NCBI GenBank assembly: GCA_030390025.1
Contig: CM059431.1
Coordinates: 129,458,001 to 129,522,000, forward strand
Reading direction: 5' to 3'
Source: Squalus acanthias
Lineage: Eukaryota
Length of the DNA stretch: 64,000 nt
Below, piece by piece: positions 13,137-26,929 of this stretch. The first letter of the stretch is position 1, and each line of letters starts with the position of its first letter. A program made the position numbers and the translations under genes. Under the pieces are notes generated by a model. The model did no database searches, was not told the DNA's origin, and saw only the letters and a list, made by a program, of their open reading frames with translations.

Positions 13137-13479
13137 GGGTAATTTTAATGGAACCATCCTTCTGGTATTGAGCTTTGCCTCACCCACTGGGAGTGTTAAT
13201 CAGCAGCTTGGGCATGCCCCCATGATTTTCTGTCCATTAAAGTTAATGGATGGGAAATCTTTACATTGAATTTACAGCACAGAAATAAGCCGTTTTGCCC
13301 AGCTGATCTATGCCGGTGTTTATGCTCCACACAAGCCTCCTCCCATTCTACTTCATCTAACATTATCAACACGGTCCCATCTTGGGGGGGGCGGGGTGGG
13401 TGATCACACCCAAATTTCTGATATGCACTCCTGGCAGGTAAGGTTCCATGCCAAGAGCGTGATTTTGTAAAATTATCAC
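13137..13479. mobile_element. Old palindromic MITE with a nested CR1 3'-UTR fragment (~13260-13372)
   Basis: TIR-like GGGTAATTTTA / TAAAATTATCA and central palindrome TCCATTAAAGTTAATGGA. The insert matches the CR1 tail at 37518-37620. Confidence 0.6.
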
Positions 13480-14179
13480 TGAAATGTCTTCAAGGACTAG
13501 GTGGTTTTAGCACTACTCTTTCACTTGTGGGACCCACGGTTGAATCCAATCCCAATTAATGGAATAAAAGTCTCTTCTCTATAAAAGATGTCTTTGTGAA
13601 ATTAGCTTTAGATCAATTTCAATTCAGCATTTGTATAAAGAAGCCTACATAAAAAGTGTAAATAATTCAATACTAATTGGAATTGAATAGACAATCTCGC
13701 AAAAGCAATAAGGTTGATGCGTATGGGAAAATGGGATCATTCCACTGGTGCAGGAGGGAGTGTTCCGGTTTTGGAGCGAATAGTGTGATAAACGAGGTAA
13801 CACAGGATCCAAGATTCACCAAAACAGGTGGTTTCTGTTAATACCTCCAGAGGTACAATTGCCCTTACAGCAAAGTGAAGACAAAGGACTCAGCCAATGG
13901 AGACAAGGCAGCAATGCTTTCTGCCAACCGGCAAGTTGAACAGCTACGCCTGCCTTCACAGGACAGTGAAGTAATTTTGCATTCTGTGGCTAGCATAATC
14001 ATTGAGGCCAAAAACAAAGTCAGCAATTGCAACTTAAAATAACTACATATGTAGTTTTTCAGTTGTTCTGGCTGATGTATAATCTGCCCTGAGTCAAGAT
14101 TGCAGAACCACTTCTTGAAGCAGTTCTGCAACATGAATATATACACTACCACTATTACTGCTACTACTGCTACTACTGA

Positions 14180-14510
14180 AACAACAACCACAATTTATAT
14201 AGCACCTCTAATGTAATAAAACGCCCCCTGGTGCTTCACAGAAGCTGAACACTGAATTAAGAGTTTGGGGAGGTGATTGAAGACATAAGCAAAACAAAAC
14301 CTCTGAAGGTAGTAAGATAGAAGGGTTTTAGATAGAAGGTTCCAGAGTGTGGGGCATAGATAGCTGAAGACTCATTGACTGAAGGTGGAGTGAAAGACAG
14401 GAGGATGCCAAGGAGGCCGGAGTTGGAAGAGTGGTAGGTGTGTAGGATTGAAGGAGGTTGAAGAAGTAGGAACAAGCAAGGCTAAGGGTGGACTTTTAGA
14501 TGAAGGGGTA
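14180..14510 (-). mobile_element. L2-clade LINE 3' fragment, next to an (ACT)n microsatellite
   Basis: Degenerate homolog of 51703-52100. Confidence 0.65.
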
Positions 14511-14599
14511 GAAATTCCCCTCCTCATCTACAAATCTTTCCTAAACCTTGCTCTTCCTTACTTCTTAAATCTCCTCCAATCCTAAACACCTTCCACACG

Positions 14600-14749
14600 A
14601 GGTAGAATTTCTGCAGCGGTTTTCCTGATCTCTCGCAATAACTTCAGTGGAAGATCAGTTGAAACTCCATAGAAACAGCATAAGGAGACATTGACGCCAT
14701 TTCTCTGGGGTTTCTGCTAATCAGAAGAACCCCCTTAGAAATTCTACTC
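14600..14749. mobile_element. Short palindromic MITE
   Basis: Termini GGTAGAATTTCT / AGAAATTCTAC. Internal similarity to 31090-31245. Confidence 0.55.
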
Positions 14750-14760
14750 TGATGAGACAA

Positions 14761-15125
14761 CAAAGCAAACAACAATTTGCAGTTATATTGCATCTTTAAA
14801 ATAAATATCCCATGGTGTTATACAGAGAAGAGAAAGAGCAGGCCCCAGAGATTTGTGGGAAGGTGACCCAAATCTGAGTCCAAAAGATATGTTCGAAGAA
14901 GGATTTTAAAAGTGGCAGAGAGATGCAGGGGCATGGAGAGGGATTTCCAGAGCAAGTGATAGCTTTACCACTAACAGGGATTTTAAATACAATGTATTGG
15001 GGCTGGAAAGCCAGTGACCGTTGACAAGAACAGGAGTGATTCAGGAGCAGAACTTACTGCAGGTTAGGACATGGGCAACTGAGCTTCGAATGAGGCTCAG
15101 TTGAAACAGAGTACAGATAGCTTTA
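14761..15125 (-). mobile_element. Highly diverged L2 3' fragment
   Basis: Begins with an L2 tail-like sequence (CAACAATTTGCAGTTATATTGCATC) and is collinear with 51703-52240. Confidence 0.5.
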
Positions 15126-15589
15126 TTCACTTGACCTGGTGTTTGACGCTGAACCTGGGGAAAAATTCTCCGACAGTCAACGCACTGATGTGGCCTCGCA
15201 AACAACAGGTGGAATACAGCAAATTCAAGGGCAATCTCACCTGCTGTATGTGACAATAGTGTTGCATAGTGCCAGAAAATCTCTCCCTGGATGTAAAATA
15301 AAATAACTTACTCACTTTAATGATCGCACCTTTTAGCCCCTCCTATTCTTCCCCAAAACAAATGTGAATGAATCTAAAATAACATAAGAAGGAAAGTTGT
15401 GAGACACTGGACGACCATAAGTTTTAATTGACAGGCTGCCACTAGCACATCTGGAGACACAACCTAATATTCATCCCTTTTCCCTTTTGAATGTTTCTCT
15501 ACTCTCTCAACAGACCATGATGAATGCAAATTGTATCGTTACTCGAAAGAATGTGTTGTTGGTGGTGTTTGCCAGTAAAAAAGAACTAA

Positions 15590-15750
15590 GAGAGGAAGAA
15601 CTTGCAATTATATAATGCCTTTTACAATGTCAGGACATTCCAAAGTACTTTACAAACAATGAAGAACTTCTTTGAAGAGTAATCAGTGTTGTAATGCAGA
15701 AAATGCGGCAGCCAATTTGCACACAGCAAGGTCCAGAAACAGAAATTAAA
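15590..15750 (-). mobile_element. DeuSINE/SacSINE-like 3' fragment
   Basis: Matches the 3' third of 52873-53344. Confidence 0.75.
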
Positions 15751-15759
15751 TAATTATCA

Positions 15760-16470
15760 CAACAAATCCAAGGAACTATAGATCAGTTAGCTTAATGTTG
15801 GTGATAGGAAAGATAATGGAATATTTACACAAAGATGTAATAGAAAAATTATAATAAAGAACAGTCAACAAGGATTTCAAAAGGGAAGGTCATGCTTGAC
15901 CAACCTTATTGAATTCTTTGAAGAAGTAACAGGAAGAGTAGATAAGAGTAATGTAGTAGATGTAATATACTTGATATTCAAAAGGTCTTCGATAGTAGAC
16001 TCATGAATAAGGTCAGAGCATATGGAGTTAGGGGAGAAGTAGCAGAATGGATAGCAAGCTGGCTACAAAACAGAAAACAGAGAGTAGGGGTTAATGGTAG
16101 TTACTCAGACTGGCGGAAGGTGGGAAGTGGTGTTCCACAGGGATTGGCGCTGGGACCGCTGTTGTTCACCATTTACATAAGCAATTTGGACTCAGGAGTC
16201 GGAAGTATAATTTCAAAATTTGTGGATGACTCCAAATTGGGGGTATAGTTATTATGGAGGAAGACTGTGACAAAATACAAGAAGACATTAACAAACTTGA
16301 GGAATGGGCATGTAAATGGCAAATGAATTTCAATATAGTGTGAGGTGCTGGATTTTGGTAGGAGGAATAAGGAAACCACATACAACTTGGAAAATAAATG
16401 TCTAACTGGGGTAGAGGAGCAAAGAGATCTAGGGGTACAGATTCACAAATCATTAAAAGTAGCAATGCAA
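15760..16470 (+). mobile_element. CR1 RT fragment
   Basis: Motifs [28 protein letters not shown] and KFVDDSKLG. Same subfamily as 38180-38900. Confidence 0.88.
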
Positions 16471-16475
16471 GTTAC

Positions 16476-17105
16476 ACTGGCCTCCTGGGCAGCAATGTGC
16501 TCGTGTTGATGCCCCCTGTCCTGTGCAGCATCAGGTGGTTGTGGAGAAGGTTGGTGGTGTTGTTGTTGGTGCTGCTGGTGTGCCTGGTGCTGCTGGCATT
16601 GGGGCTCATCGTGGTCAGATTCTGAGGACCGATGTGAGACAGTATAAACGGCACCCAGGCTGATGAAATAGATGGCAGGTCAAGTAGAGTTGACAGAAGC
16701 AATCTGTCAATGGTGAGAGAAGTTCTTCCAATGAGGTGATGCTGGATGAAGACTTTGCTGGAAACACTTGCAGCCTGCAGAAAGTTAAATCTGTGCTGGC
16801 AATGTAATCAGCAACAGCTTCTGCCTGAGGAAAGTGATCAGCTGTGAGGTTAGAGCTTTTATAGGTTGACAGACATGGTTCCCGAGCTGCGTGAATCCCG
16901 TGGGCAGCCAGGGAAATTTGAAAGGTGGGGCAAAGAGGCACTTAAGTCTCTGACAACAAGCTGATAATGATTTCAATTAGGTCGCCCGCCTCTGCCGGTC
17001 GGGTCTCTGCCACACTGGCAAATGCGCCTGAGGGAATGGCACGTGGGGGCGGGATGTGGAATATTTGAACACCAAAGCTAATACCCCCGCTGGCTGATTT
17101 TCTAT
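16476..17105 (-). mobile_element. Harbinger family B fragment (terminus plus start of transposase gene)
   Basis: Reverse-complement homolog of 42900-42977 joined to 48186-48720, including the Q/H-rich N-terminal coding stretch. Confidence 0.8.
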
Positions 17106-17994
17106 TACTTAATTTACAGAAAAATAAATGATAATCAAAACTCCTCTACAAACAATAACCTCCTATATAGAACAAAGTGTCTGCCATAATGCAGTCTGTT
17201 TTTGTGCTTTAATGTGTTCTGGACAGCCAGAAGGTTTGTTTCTTCCTTTCTTACATGCTTTTGCAGATTTGTAAAACAGCATTTTCCAAGCAAGATGTTG
17301 TATTGGAAATTTTGTTACTGATAAAGCAAAATGAATGCAAATTTTCTGTTAAATGTGCAAAAGTTGCACTTTACTGACAATTTGTGGACAGATCTTATCA
17401 GAAGGATGCTCAGGCAACAGCAGGCAATACAGCAATGTGCCTTTTTATTGGCAGTGTCCATGGTTGCTTCTATTTGGGAATGGACATTTTGCTGTTACAT
17501 TTCATAGAACACAAAACACAGCTTAATTTTAATATTATCACTAGCCATAATTAACCTGAATGATTTTTCATGCTGTGCGGGACCTGATAAAAGCTGTTGA
17601 ATTTGGTTAGTACTCGGGAACTGTTTTGCAAGTGGACACAGCTATTGCTGTCCCTTTAAGCAAGGTTTTTTTTTTAATTTCTTTGTTTCAATTGTAATTG
17701 GGCATTACTTTGCTGTATGAATTTAAAATTGTGACGGGGGAGTTCAGTCAGAGGGGAGATTTGAGGCTATCTCAACATTTCCTGTAGCAAGACCATCTGA
17801 CAGCTCATTTTAGCTCTGACTGGCAAAGTCCTTAAAGTGAGTACAGGCATTTGGTTACAAATGAGAGCCGGTCAAGTTTCTGCAAGGTGTAGCAACATTG
17901 TGGAAACATACAGGAGGATGCCATTCGACCCTTCGTGCTTGCGTTGAATTTAGCCCCTTCTCACAGGCTGATTTTATACAATCCCATTTTTTAA

Positions 17995-19258
17995 ATCATA
18001 GAATCATAGAAATTTACGGCACAGAAGGAGGCCATTCGACCCATCGTGTCTGTGCCGGCCAAAAGAGCTATCCAGCCTAATCCCACTTTCCAGCTCTTTG
18101 CCTGTAGCTATGTAGGTTACGGCACTTCAAGTGCATATCCAAGTACTTTTTAAATGTGATGAGGGTTTCTGCCTCTACCACCTTTTCAGGCAGTGAGTTC
18201 CAGACCCCCACCATCCTCTGGGTGAAAAAAATTCTCCTCAACTCCCCCTAACCTTCTACCAATTACTTTAAATCTATGCCCCCTGGTTATTGACCTCTCT
18301 GCTTGGGGAAATAGGAAATATGTCCTTCCTATCCACTCTATCTAAGCCCCTCATAATTTTATACACCTCAGTCAAGTCTCCTCTCAGCCTCCTCTGCTCC
18401 AAAGAAAACAAGCCAAGCCTATCCAATCTTTCCTCATAGGTAAAATTCTCCAGTCCTGGCAATGTCCTTGTAAATCTCCTCTGTACCCTCTCTAGTGCAA
18501 TCATATCTTTCCTGTAATGTGGTGGCCAGAACTGTACACAGTACTCTAGTTATGGCCTAACTAGTGTTTTATACAGTTCATGCATAACCTCCCTGCTCTT
18601 ATATTCTATGCCTCGGCTAATAAAGGAAAGTATCCTGTATGCCTTCTTAACCACCTTATCTACCTGTCCTGTTACCTTCAGGGATCTGTGGGCATGCACT
18701 CCAAGGTCCCTCTCTTCCTCTACACTTCTTAGTATCCTACCATTTATTGTGTATTCCCTTGCCTTGTTAGCCCTCCCCAAATGCATTACCTCACTCTTCT
18801 CCAGATTGAATTCCATTTGCCACTTTTCTGCCCACCTTAACTGTCCATTGATATCTCCCTGCAGTCTCCAGTTTTCTTCCTCACTATCAACCACACGGCC
18901 AATTTTTGTATCATCTGTGAACTTCTTAATTATGCCCCCTACATTGAAGTCTAAATGTATACCACAAAAAGCAAGGGACCTAGTACTGAGCCCTGTGGAA
19001 CCCCACTGGAAACAGTCTTCCAGTCACAAAACATCCGTCGACCATTACCCTTTGCTTCCTGCCACTGAGCCAATTTTGGATCCAACTTACCACTTTTCCT
19101 TGGATCCCATGGGCTTTTACTTTTCTGACCAGTCTGCCATGTGGGACCTTGTCAAAAGCCTTGCTAAAATCCATGTAAACTACATCAAATGCACTACCCT
19201 TATCAACCCCCTTTGTTACCTCCTCAAAAATTTCAATCAAGTTAGTCAGACACGACCT
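17995..19258 (-). mobile_element. CR1 3' fragment
   Basis: RT motifs (MDFSKAFDKVPH, ALERVQRRFTR) and an (ATTCTATG)n-type tail at the left end. Confidence 0.92.
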
Positions 19259-19827
19259 GACACAAAATGTACTTATATTGTATTAAATGTGCTCTGTTTC
19301 CCATTTCTAGTAGAATATTAACTATCTTTCAGATTATGGTTTTGCTAGTAATAGCTGAAGAAATCTTCACAAACACATTTACAATGTCACTACACATCAT
19401 GACCAGAAGAATTTTTGCCTTAAGGTGACCTGAATTCAGTGACAATCAGCAAACTAGCTCACCAGGCAACTGAGAGGTGACATGCTAAAATTAAGGGAAA
19501 GGAAACTCTATGTGCAGGCTTATGGCCACAGCTGCCTATTATTGTCACTATGTTCCTGCAAAAAATACCACATTTTGCTTTCTGCTGACATGGGCACTGT
19601 GAATACAATTTCCCAGTCATTGCCTGGTAGGTGTGACAATGCCTGTAAGTATGGCTGGTGATATCTAGGCAGGTGCAGCCAATCAGCCTTTGCTGGATAA
19701 TGATCACTCTGGCAAGCGTTCTTTTAGGCAGTACCATCTAAAGCATTACATGCCGTGATTGGGATGCTTTCAAAGAACCATCTAGCCTAAAGGTTAATCA
19801 CGCCTTCATACATACCTGTACACCTGT

Positions 19828-20624
19828 GTGAGGTGATGCATTTTGGGAGGACTAACAAGGCAAGGGAATACACAATGAATGGTAGGACCCTAGGAAGGAC
19901 AGAGGATCAGAGCGACCTTGGTGTGCATGTACATAGATCCCTGAAGGCAGCAGGACAGGTAGATAAGGTGGTTAAAAAGGCATATGGGATACTTGCCTTC
20001 ATTAGCTGAGGCATAGAATATAAGAGCAGGGAGGTTATGATGGAGCTGTACAAAACGCTAGTTAGGCCACAGCTGGAATACTGTGTGCAGTTCTGGTCGC
20101 CACACTATAGGAAGGATGGGATTGCATTGGAGAGGGTGCAGAGGAGATTCACCAGGATGTTACCTGGGCTGGAGCGCTTCAGCTATGAAGAGAGACTGAA
20201 CAGGCTGGGGTTGTTTTCCTTAGAGCAGAGAAGGCTGAGGGGGGACCTGATTGAGGTGTACAAAATTATGAGGGGCATAGATAGGGTAGATAGAAAGGAA
20301 CTTTTCCCCTTAGTAGAGGGGTCAATAACCAGAGGGCATAGTTTCAAGGTAAGGGGCAGGAGGTTTAGAGGGGACTTGAGGAAAAACTTTTTCACCCAGA
20401 GGGTGGTTGGAATCTGGAACTCACTGCCTGAAAGGATGGTAGAGGCAGGAACCCTCACAACATTCAAGAAGCATTTCGATGAGCACTTGTAATGCCATAG
20501 CATACAAGGCTATCAACCAAGTGCTGGAAAATGGGATTAGAATAGACAGGGCTTGATGGCTGGCGCAGACACGATGGGCCGAAGGGCCTATTTCTGTGCT
20601 GTATAACTCTATGACTCTATGACT
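19828..20624 (+). mobile_element. CR1 3' fragment
   Basis: ORF 20037-20492 (LYKTLVRPQLEYCVQFWSP..RGHSFKV) and an (ACTCTATG)n tail. Confidence 0.92.
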
Positions 20625-20978
20625 ATACCTGTGCCACTGAGCCTGCTATCACAACCCTCCATTTACACTGATCTTCTACCAAAGCAAGGTCTAGTAGTAA
20701 CCTCTGTCTGCAAATGTGGGTGCGCAGGTGCCAGCAGGTGGACACAGAGCATCTCTCATACACCCATACCTGCCTGACATACATTTGGTGGTCCTCCTCT
20801 TCTTCTTCCAAGCACCTCAGATAGGGGGATTCCCATTTGGAAATCCATTGATGTCAGTAATGCTACTCAGATCAAAAAAAGTTAAAACAATTGGCACCAA
20901 GGCTCATGAGAACATAAGTGGCAGGAGAAAAAAAATAAGAAAAATAATTCAGGAATGACTTCAAACTACTGAAACAAT

Positions 20979-21639
20979 GGGGGGGAAATTCATTAGCGGT
21001 GGGTCGCTAACATCGCCTTCGTGCTAAATTTAGCGCCCGGCGAAAAATAGCGCCGGAGTTCGCTAACTTCAATATTAGCGCCCCAAGAGGGCGGGGGTGC
21101 GCTAATTCAAGCGCTCCACTTCCTTCTTAGAGCGCTAACCCCAAATATCGGGGCGGTGCGTTCTGCAGCTCTACGCACTGGGCCACGTAGCGCTGCCGCA
21201 TGGAAGTGCTCTTCCCCTCATTAAAGGGGAGGGCCCAAGCCCACAATTCTGCGGAGTCCTACCTGGATCACCGGGGAGCGGGGTGCCGTGCCAGCAGCCC
21301 GGCACTCAAGAGGAGTGCCGGGCTGCCAGATCGCGGCACGGACCCTGTGTTCAAAGATGCAACGGGCCACGACAAGTAAGTCGGACGTTTTTTTCCCCCC
21401 GCCCGCCACCTCCCCTATAGTTAGCACCCCGCGAGTCTCCTGCTGCTCCGTTCTCACCCCCTGAATCGGTTGCTGATTCAGGGGGCGCGGGCCAATTTTG
21501 CAGGTGGAGCGAAAACCGTCATCACCTGCGCAGCGGAACGGGGCGCTACCGATAACCGCCGCTGCTAAACTCCCACTGAATTTAGCGGGAGTCGTTAGCA
21601 GTGACCCGCCTGGGCGCAAATGCACCTAATTTCTAACCC
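20979..21639. mobile_element. Harbinger-type MITE
   Basis: Imperfect TIRs GGGGGGGAAATT / AATTTCTAACCC, 3-bp TSD AAT, many TAGCGC/GCGCTA motifs, and internal similarity to 12152-12647. Confidence 0.8.
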
Positions 21640-21772
21640 AATCTTTTTTTCTAGCACTTAAAAATTATCCATGTATTCTTCACCAGCAAGCAACCCTGGT
21701 TGTCCAGTTAAATAGACATCCATTGGAAGCACTGTAGACCTCGTATAAAGCCCGGAAGAAGATGGAGACATT

Positions 21773-22415
21773 GGGGGAATTTTAGCACACAAAAACGTGT
21801 GGGTTTGGAGCGGGTGGAAAATTTTAAAAATCTGAACCCTGACCCCAAACCATCTATATCTGGGTTTTATGGAGGCGTGACAAGGCAGCCAACCCGCTCC
21901 CAGGAGGTGGGTTGCCAATGTAAATATATTAATGAAGCTGGCAGCCTCTCATTTAATTTGCTTCACAGGATTTACAGTGGGCAGCCAAGTTTCCCAGGCC
22001 TCGGGAAACCCGGCAGATCAAGCGAGGCGAGGACAGCTTCTGGGAGAAGGTAAGTGCCTTCACAACACTGCTTGTGGGCCAGGAGGAGCTGGAGTACTTC
22101 CCCCCGCCGGCCCCCCAAGCTCCCCCCCATCAATCCCCGCCCCCCCCTCCATTACAAAGGCCCCCGGGGTCGGGCATCGGACCTACCTGGTCCTGTGGCC
22201 TGCTCCGGAGTGCTCCCCGCCCGACTGGAAACCAAGCCTGTCAATCAGGCCGAGTTCCAGGCAGGGAACATATCAGGGCCAAAAGACGCACACCCCGGGT
22301 TTCCCATCCGAAACTCCGCCTCCGCCCTTCGCCTACATAACCCGCCCCTGTCGATATCCAGCCCATTATACCAGCACTCCCACATCATTGAGCATATTTA
22401 ATAAAATTCCTGCCT
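21773..22415. mobile_element. Harbinger-type non-autonomous element
   Basis: Left end GGGGGAATTTTA, possible right end TAAAATTCCTGCCT, both flanked by ATT. GC-rich interior. Right boundary uncertain. Confidence 0.6.
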
Positions 22416-23859
22416 ATTTCAAGCAGAACATTAGTCCATCTACCCCAACCCATTGAAAATGTGCACCATGCAAAAAAAAAAGGGCAGACACTTGACCTTA
22501 CAGCTCTCTGGCCCCTTTTCTGGTCTGTAACTCTGATGATCTGGCACACGTCTAGCGTTCGGGACAGAAAGATTACCACTATTAAATTTTAATAAATGAT
22601 GCTGATAATGGAAGGTACACAGAGATGCAGCTGTTGCATCTGCAGGTGTAGCACTTTCAAATCCCATGACACCTATCATTCAATGCATAGAGCATACCAA
22701 TTCATTCAAGCCATCTCAAACATAGGATGTGAATGACAGTGCATGTATAAATTTCTCATCTCTATAATGCCTCCTTTTTCATTTCCAGAGCAATCGACCG
22801 TTATTGAACAGCCTGCACTTTCCTTATAAATACAACTTCACAAGAATTACAACTCCATTGTTCTAACCAACTCTATTTACCTGTTTCCCAAATTGCACAA
22901 AGTTTTGCTGTCTAACTGAAAAATATCATATAAAATCAAAGCATTATACAAATTCTGATTCAAGCCCTAAGAACCTCTCCGGATTAACTACCAGAAGGGG
23001 GCCAGAAAATGGGATGGAACTCAGTTCCACTAGAATTCTAACTGTGGAGAAAAGGTCAGAAAATTCCTGTGGGGAAGAGGTTAAATCTCCTGTCCACCAC
23101 CCGACACCAAGGGGACATGTCTGAGGGAGTTGCTGGACTTCCTCAGGAATTCTGCTGATTTTGCCCATTAAAGACCTCATTAGGACTAGTGCCAACTAAA
23201 ATCTGGCATTAGTCCTGCTGAAGTACAAGCAAAGGTTCCACAACTGTTGTTGCCACAGAGATGGTCGATTACTTACAAGAAACCCCATAGAAAGTCCCTT
23301 CGATAACTGAGGACTAAAAAAGAAACATACATTTGTATTGGGCCCTTCTTGTGCCTTCTCTCAGCCATTGAAGCAGCATGGTAGAGCCTCTCCAGCATTC
23401 CGGACCCACAATGGGCGAGCATTGCTGAAGCAGCCTTACTGGCATGATGCGCCTTACCTGATCATGTGCACTTAAGGCCTATTCCACTGCAGTTCCACTG
23501 GTGGAGCAGACCAATCAGAATTTTGACCCTTATTACTTAAAAATGGAGAATGAATGACACCTGCAAACTCATTTCAATTATCTGTCGTGCTCAAAACTAG
23601 CTTCACCTGAAGACTGCACTCGGTCTTGACTCCCTGTGTGCAATGACTAATATTATATAAAAAATCTTATGTCTGCACACAGTTCCTGACTACAAAAGTA
23701 ACTTCCTGTTGTCCATTTTTCCCATTACAAATTCTTATGTTTATATTTAGAATGGAGACCCCCTATGTAATCTTTTCACGCTGTAGTTACACACTCCCAC
23801 TGGAGCATCTCAGTTCTGCATCTCCCAGTTTCTCAACCTATGCTGCCGCTAAACTCTTA

Positions 23860-24748
23860 GGGGGAATAATTCAGTTGGTTGAGCCTCCCGTTAGCACCTT
23901 AAGAGGGCGCTAATGGGGCGCAAAGCAACTAGCGCCCGGGCGCGGCGATGTTTGCGCCGCTCGCGAAATTAACTAGATATTTTGTGGTGGCGCTAAACAC
24001 TAGCGCCACGATCTCCTGTGCCGGCAGATCGTGACGTCAGTCGAGTGCGCAATGCCCCAGTAGCGCCCCAGAGTGGATATTGAGTGGCGCCCCCTGCCTT
24101 ACAGCCTGCCGCTAGCAACGACAGGTTGAGGGGAGCGTTTTGCAGTCAGGAAGGGACTGGGGGAGCGCTATTTAAAGGCGAACGCTTCCTGCATTTTTTT
24201 GTTGGTGACATTTTTGCACCACGCATTCTGAGAGAGAGAGAGAGACTTCGGGAGAGATTCAACGCTGTGTGAAGGAGTTTTGGGTACTGAGCAGCACTGC
24301 AGGTTCATTTTGATTTGCCCTTCCTTACATCTATTTAGAAGAGACTGTGGGGGCTGCACTCTGAGCTCTTTCCCTGGGTCTCTCCATTGTTCTTTCCAGC
24401 AGATTTGATGTACAGGTCTCCCCAGGCCGAGATTCAAGGCTGCAATGAGCAGAATGTTGATGGAGAGCAAGATCAACCCTCCCCTTTAAGAACTGGCCGG
24501 CGCCATTGTGTCTCTGTTCCTTTGCTGACTGACATCACATGAGCTTCGCCAGCGCTCTGAGGTAGCACCTCGCTCCTCGGCCTTTGCGCCTTAAGACAGG
24601 TGTGAAGCACCTGATTTAGCGCTCCAATCACCTCCAGGGGCGATAAAAGCCAAGTTTGCAGTCGAAGGCAATAATTAGCGCCAGGCGCTAATCTTTGCAC
24701 CCGGCCGATAATTGCGCCCCAAATGGGGCGATACTGAATTTTTCCCCC
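23860..24748 (+). mobile_element. Family A Harbinger internal-deletion derivative, copy 1
   Basis: TIRs GGGGGAATAATTCAGT / ACTGAATTTTTCCCCC and TSD TTA. The left and right arms of 43958-48025 are joined at 24360/24361. Confidence 0.93.
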
Positions 24749-24833
24749 TTATGCTCCAATCAACTCTACTTCTATGCCTCCCAAATTGCCACAAGTCTTG
24801 CTATTTAACTATAAATTATCGTATAGAATCAAA

Positions 24834-25706
24834 GGGGGAAAAATTCGGTTGCTTTGCGCCTCCTGTTAGAACGGGGTGCAAAGTAACTAGTGCCCAGGCG
24901 CAGCGATGTTTGCGCCGCTCGCAAAATTGATCAGACATTTTGCAGTGACGCTAAACACTACCGCCACAATCTCCTGCGCCCGCAGATCGTGACGTTAGTC
25001 GAGCATGCAATGCCCCGGTAGCACCCCGGACTGGATATTGAGTGGCACCCCCTGCCTTTCCACCTGCCGCTAGCAATGACAGGTAGAGGGGAACGTTTTG
25101 CAGTCAGGAAGGGACTGGGGGAGCGCTATTTAAAGGCGGCCGCTTCCTGCCTTTTTTTGTCGGCGACATTTTTGCACCAGGCATTCTGAGAGACAGAGAG
25201 ACTTCTGGAGAGATTCAACGCTGTGTGAAGGAGTTTTGGGTACTGAGCAGCACTTCGCAGGTTCATTTTGATTCGCCCTTCCTTGCATCGATTTAGAAGA
25301 GACTCAGGGGGCTGCACTCTGAGCTCTTTCCCTGGGTCTCTTCATTGTTCTTTCCAGCAGAATTGATGTATAGGTCTCTCCAGGCCGAGATTCAAGGTTG
25401 CAATGAGTAGGGTGTGGATGGAGAGCAAGATCGACCCTCCCCTTTAAGAAATGGCCGGCGCCAGTGTGTCTGTGTTCCATTGCTAACTGACATCACATGA
25501 GCTTCGCCAGCGATCTGAGGTAGCGCCTCGCTCCTCGGCGTTTGCGCCTTAAGAGATGTGTCTAGCGCCTGATTTAGCGCTCCAATCACCTCCAGGGGCG
25601 ATAGAAGCCAAGTTTGCAGTCGGAGGTGATAATTAGCGCCAAGTGCTAAACTTTGCACCCGGCCGATAATTGCGCCCCAAACGGGGCGATACCGAATTTC
25701 TCCCCC
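24834..25706 (+). mobile_element. Family A Harbinger internal-deletion derivative, copy 2
   Basis: TIRs GGGGGAAAAATTCGGT / ACCGAATTTCTCCCCC and TSD AAA. Same junction (25318/25319). Confidence 0.93.
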
Positions 25707-26380
25707 AAAGTATTATACAAATTAAAGACAGAATGCATGACTTTAAAATGGGGACTGTATCACATCTGCATGGCTTGTTCCACTTACCCCATCTTCTAAG
25801 CCCACTTCACCTGAAAACTATACTATGTCTTGCCTCCCCATGTGCAAAACCAAGGAGACTGGCAAGTTATTTATATACACTGTAAACAGCAATAGCCGTA
25901 TTGCAGCCACGGTGTTGGTTACCATTCCCTCTACAGTGGATCACAGTACAACCAATCATTGATCCAGAACATTATGGATATCTCTAAGGTGGATTTCTCC
26001 ATCCTCTTGGTTACCGTAGTATGCACTTTGGCCATAGCATTGTGGTTACATTGTTGGTGCTTTAATACTCTAACTTTGAAAATGAACCCTCAGAGTTCTG
26101 TACTTACAATTTTCTCTGTTTAGGCCTTGGGCCTACAACTCTATATGGTTATGATATGCCCTGAACTAACAGAGGTGTTACATCCTCTGTGCTCAGTGGG
26201 TTCTAAAGATGCAGACATCTTTGCAGCTGTGCTGGTTGGTACTTTAAACAGTGGCTGTGATAGTGTGGGTAGTTTGTGGTATTTGTATGGTGTTCTGCAT
26301 CCCAAATGGTCCAGTATCCTTTAAAGCAGAAAATGTTGTCCATGATGCAAATAATCATAGGTGAGAGCATTATTTTATGA

Positions 26381-26847
26381 GTATCCGCTGTGGCTTTGTG
26401 GGTAGCACTCTTGCCTCTGAGCCACAAAGGTTGTGGGTTCAAGTCCCATTCCAGAGACTTGAGCACAAAAATCTAGGCTGACACGCCAGTGCAGTACTGA
26501 AGGAGTGCTGCACTGTCAGAGGTGCTGTCTTTCAGATAAGATGTTAAACCAAGGCCTTGTCTGCTCTCTCAGGTGGATGTAAAAGATCCCATTACACTGT
26601 TTTGAAGAAGAGCAGGGGAGTTACCCCCGGTGTCCTGGCAAATATGTATCCCTCAATCAACATCCCTAAAAACAGAGTATCTGGTCATTATCATGTTGCT
26701 GTTTATGGGACCTTGCTGTGCGCATATTGGCTGCCGCGTTTCCCACATTACAACAGTGACTACACTTCAGAAGTAACTCATTGGCTGTAAAGTGCTTTGG
26801 GACGTCCTGATGTAGTGAAAGGCACTATATAAATGCAAATCTTTCTT
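26381..26847 (+). mobile_element. Full-length DeuSINE/SacSINE-like SINE
   Basis: A/B-box tRNA head (TGGCTTTGTGG..GGTTCAAGTCC), conserved body and L2-like tail. Confidence 0.88.
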
Positions 26848-26929
26848 AATACAGGCAGCACTTCCTATCACTAATGCACAGTGTACAATGTAACATTTGA
26901 AAGGAGGATTAATTGGTGGATAAACTCCT

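Noticed and set aside
13871..14042. Open frame KVKTKDSANGDKAAMLSANRQVEQLRL, faintly like a G-protein gamma subunit
   Set aside because: The similarity is only a few residues, the donor is weak, and there are no partner exons.
18608..19321. Long antisense ORFs over CR1 copies (also 11247-11774 and 40937-41548)
   Set aside because: These are shadow frames of the RT coding strand with no independent protein signal.
24628..24646. CTCF-like CCTCCAGGGGCG in the Harbinger A arm
   Set aside because: It is one base short of the core spacing, so it is not a proper match.
26381..26460. tRNA genes
   Set aside because: The A/B-box sequences are SINE heads continuous with SINE bodies.
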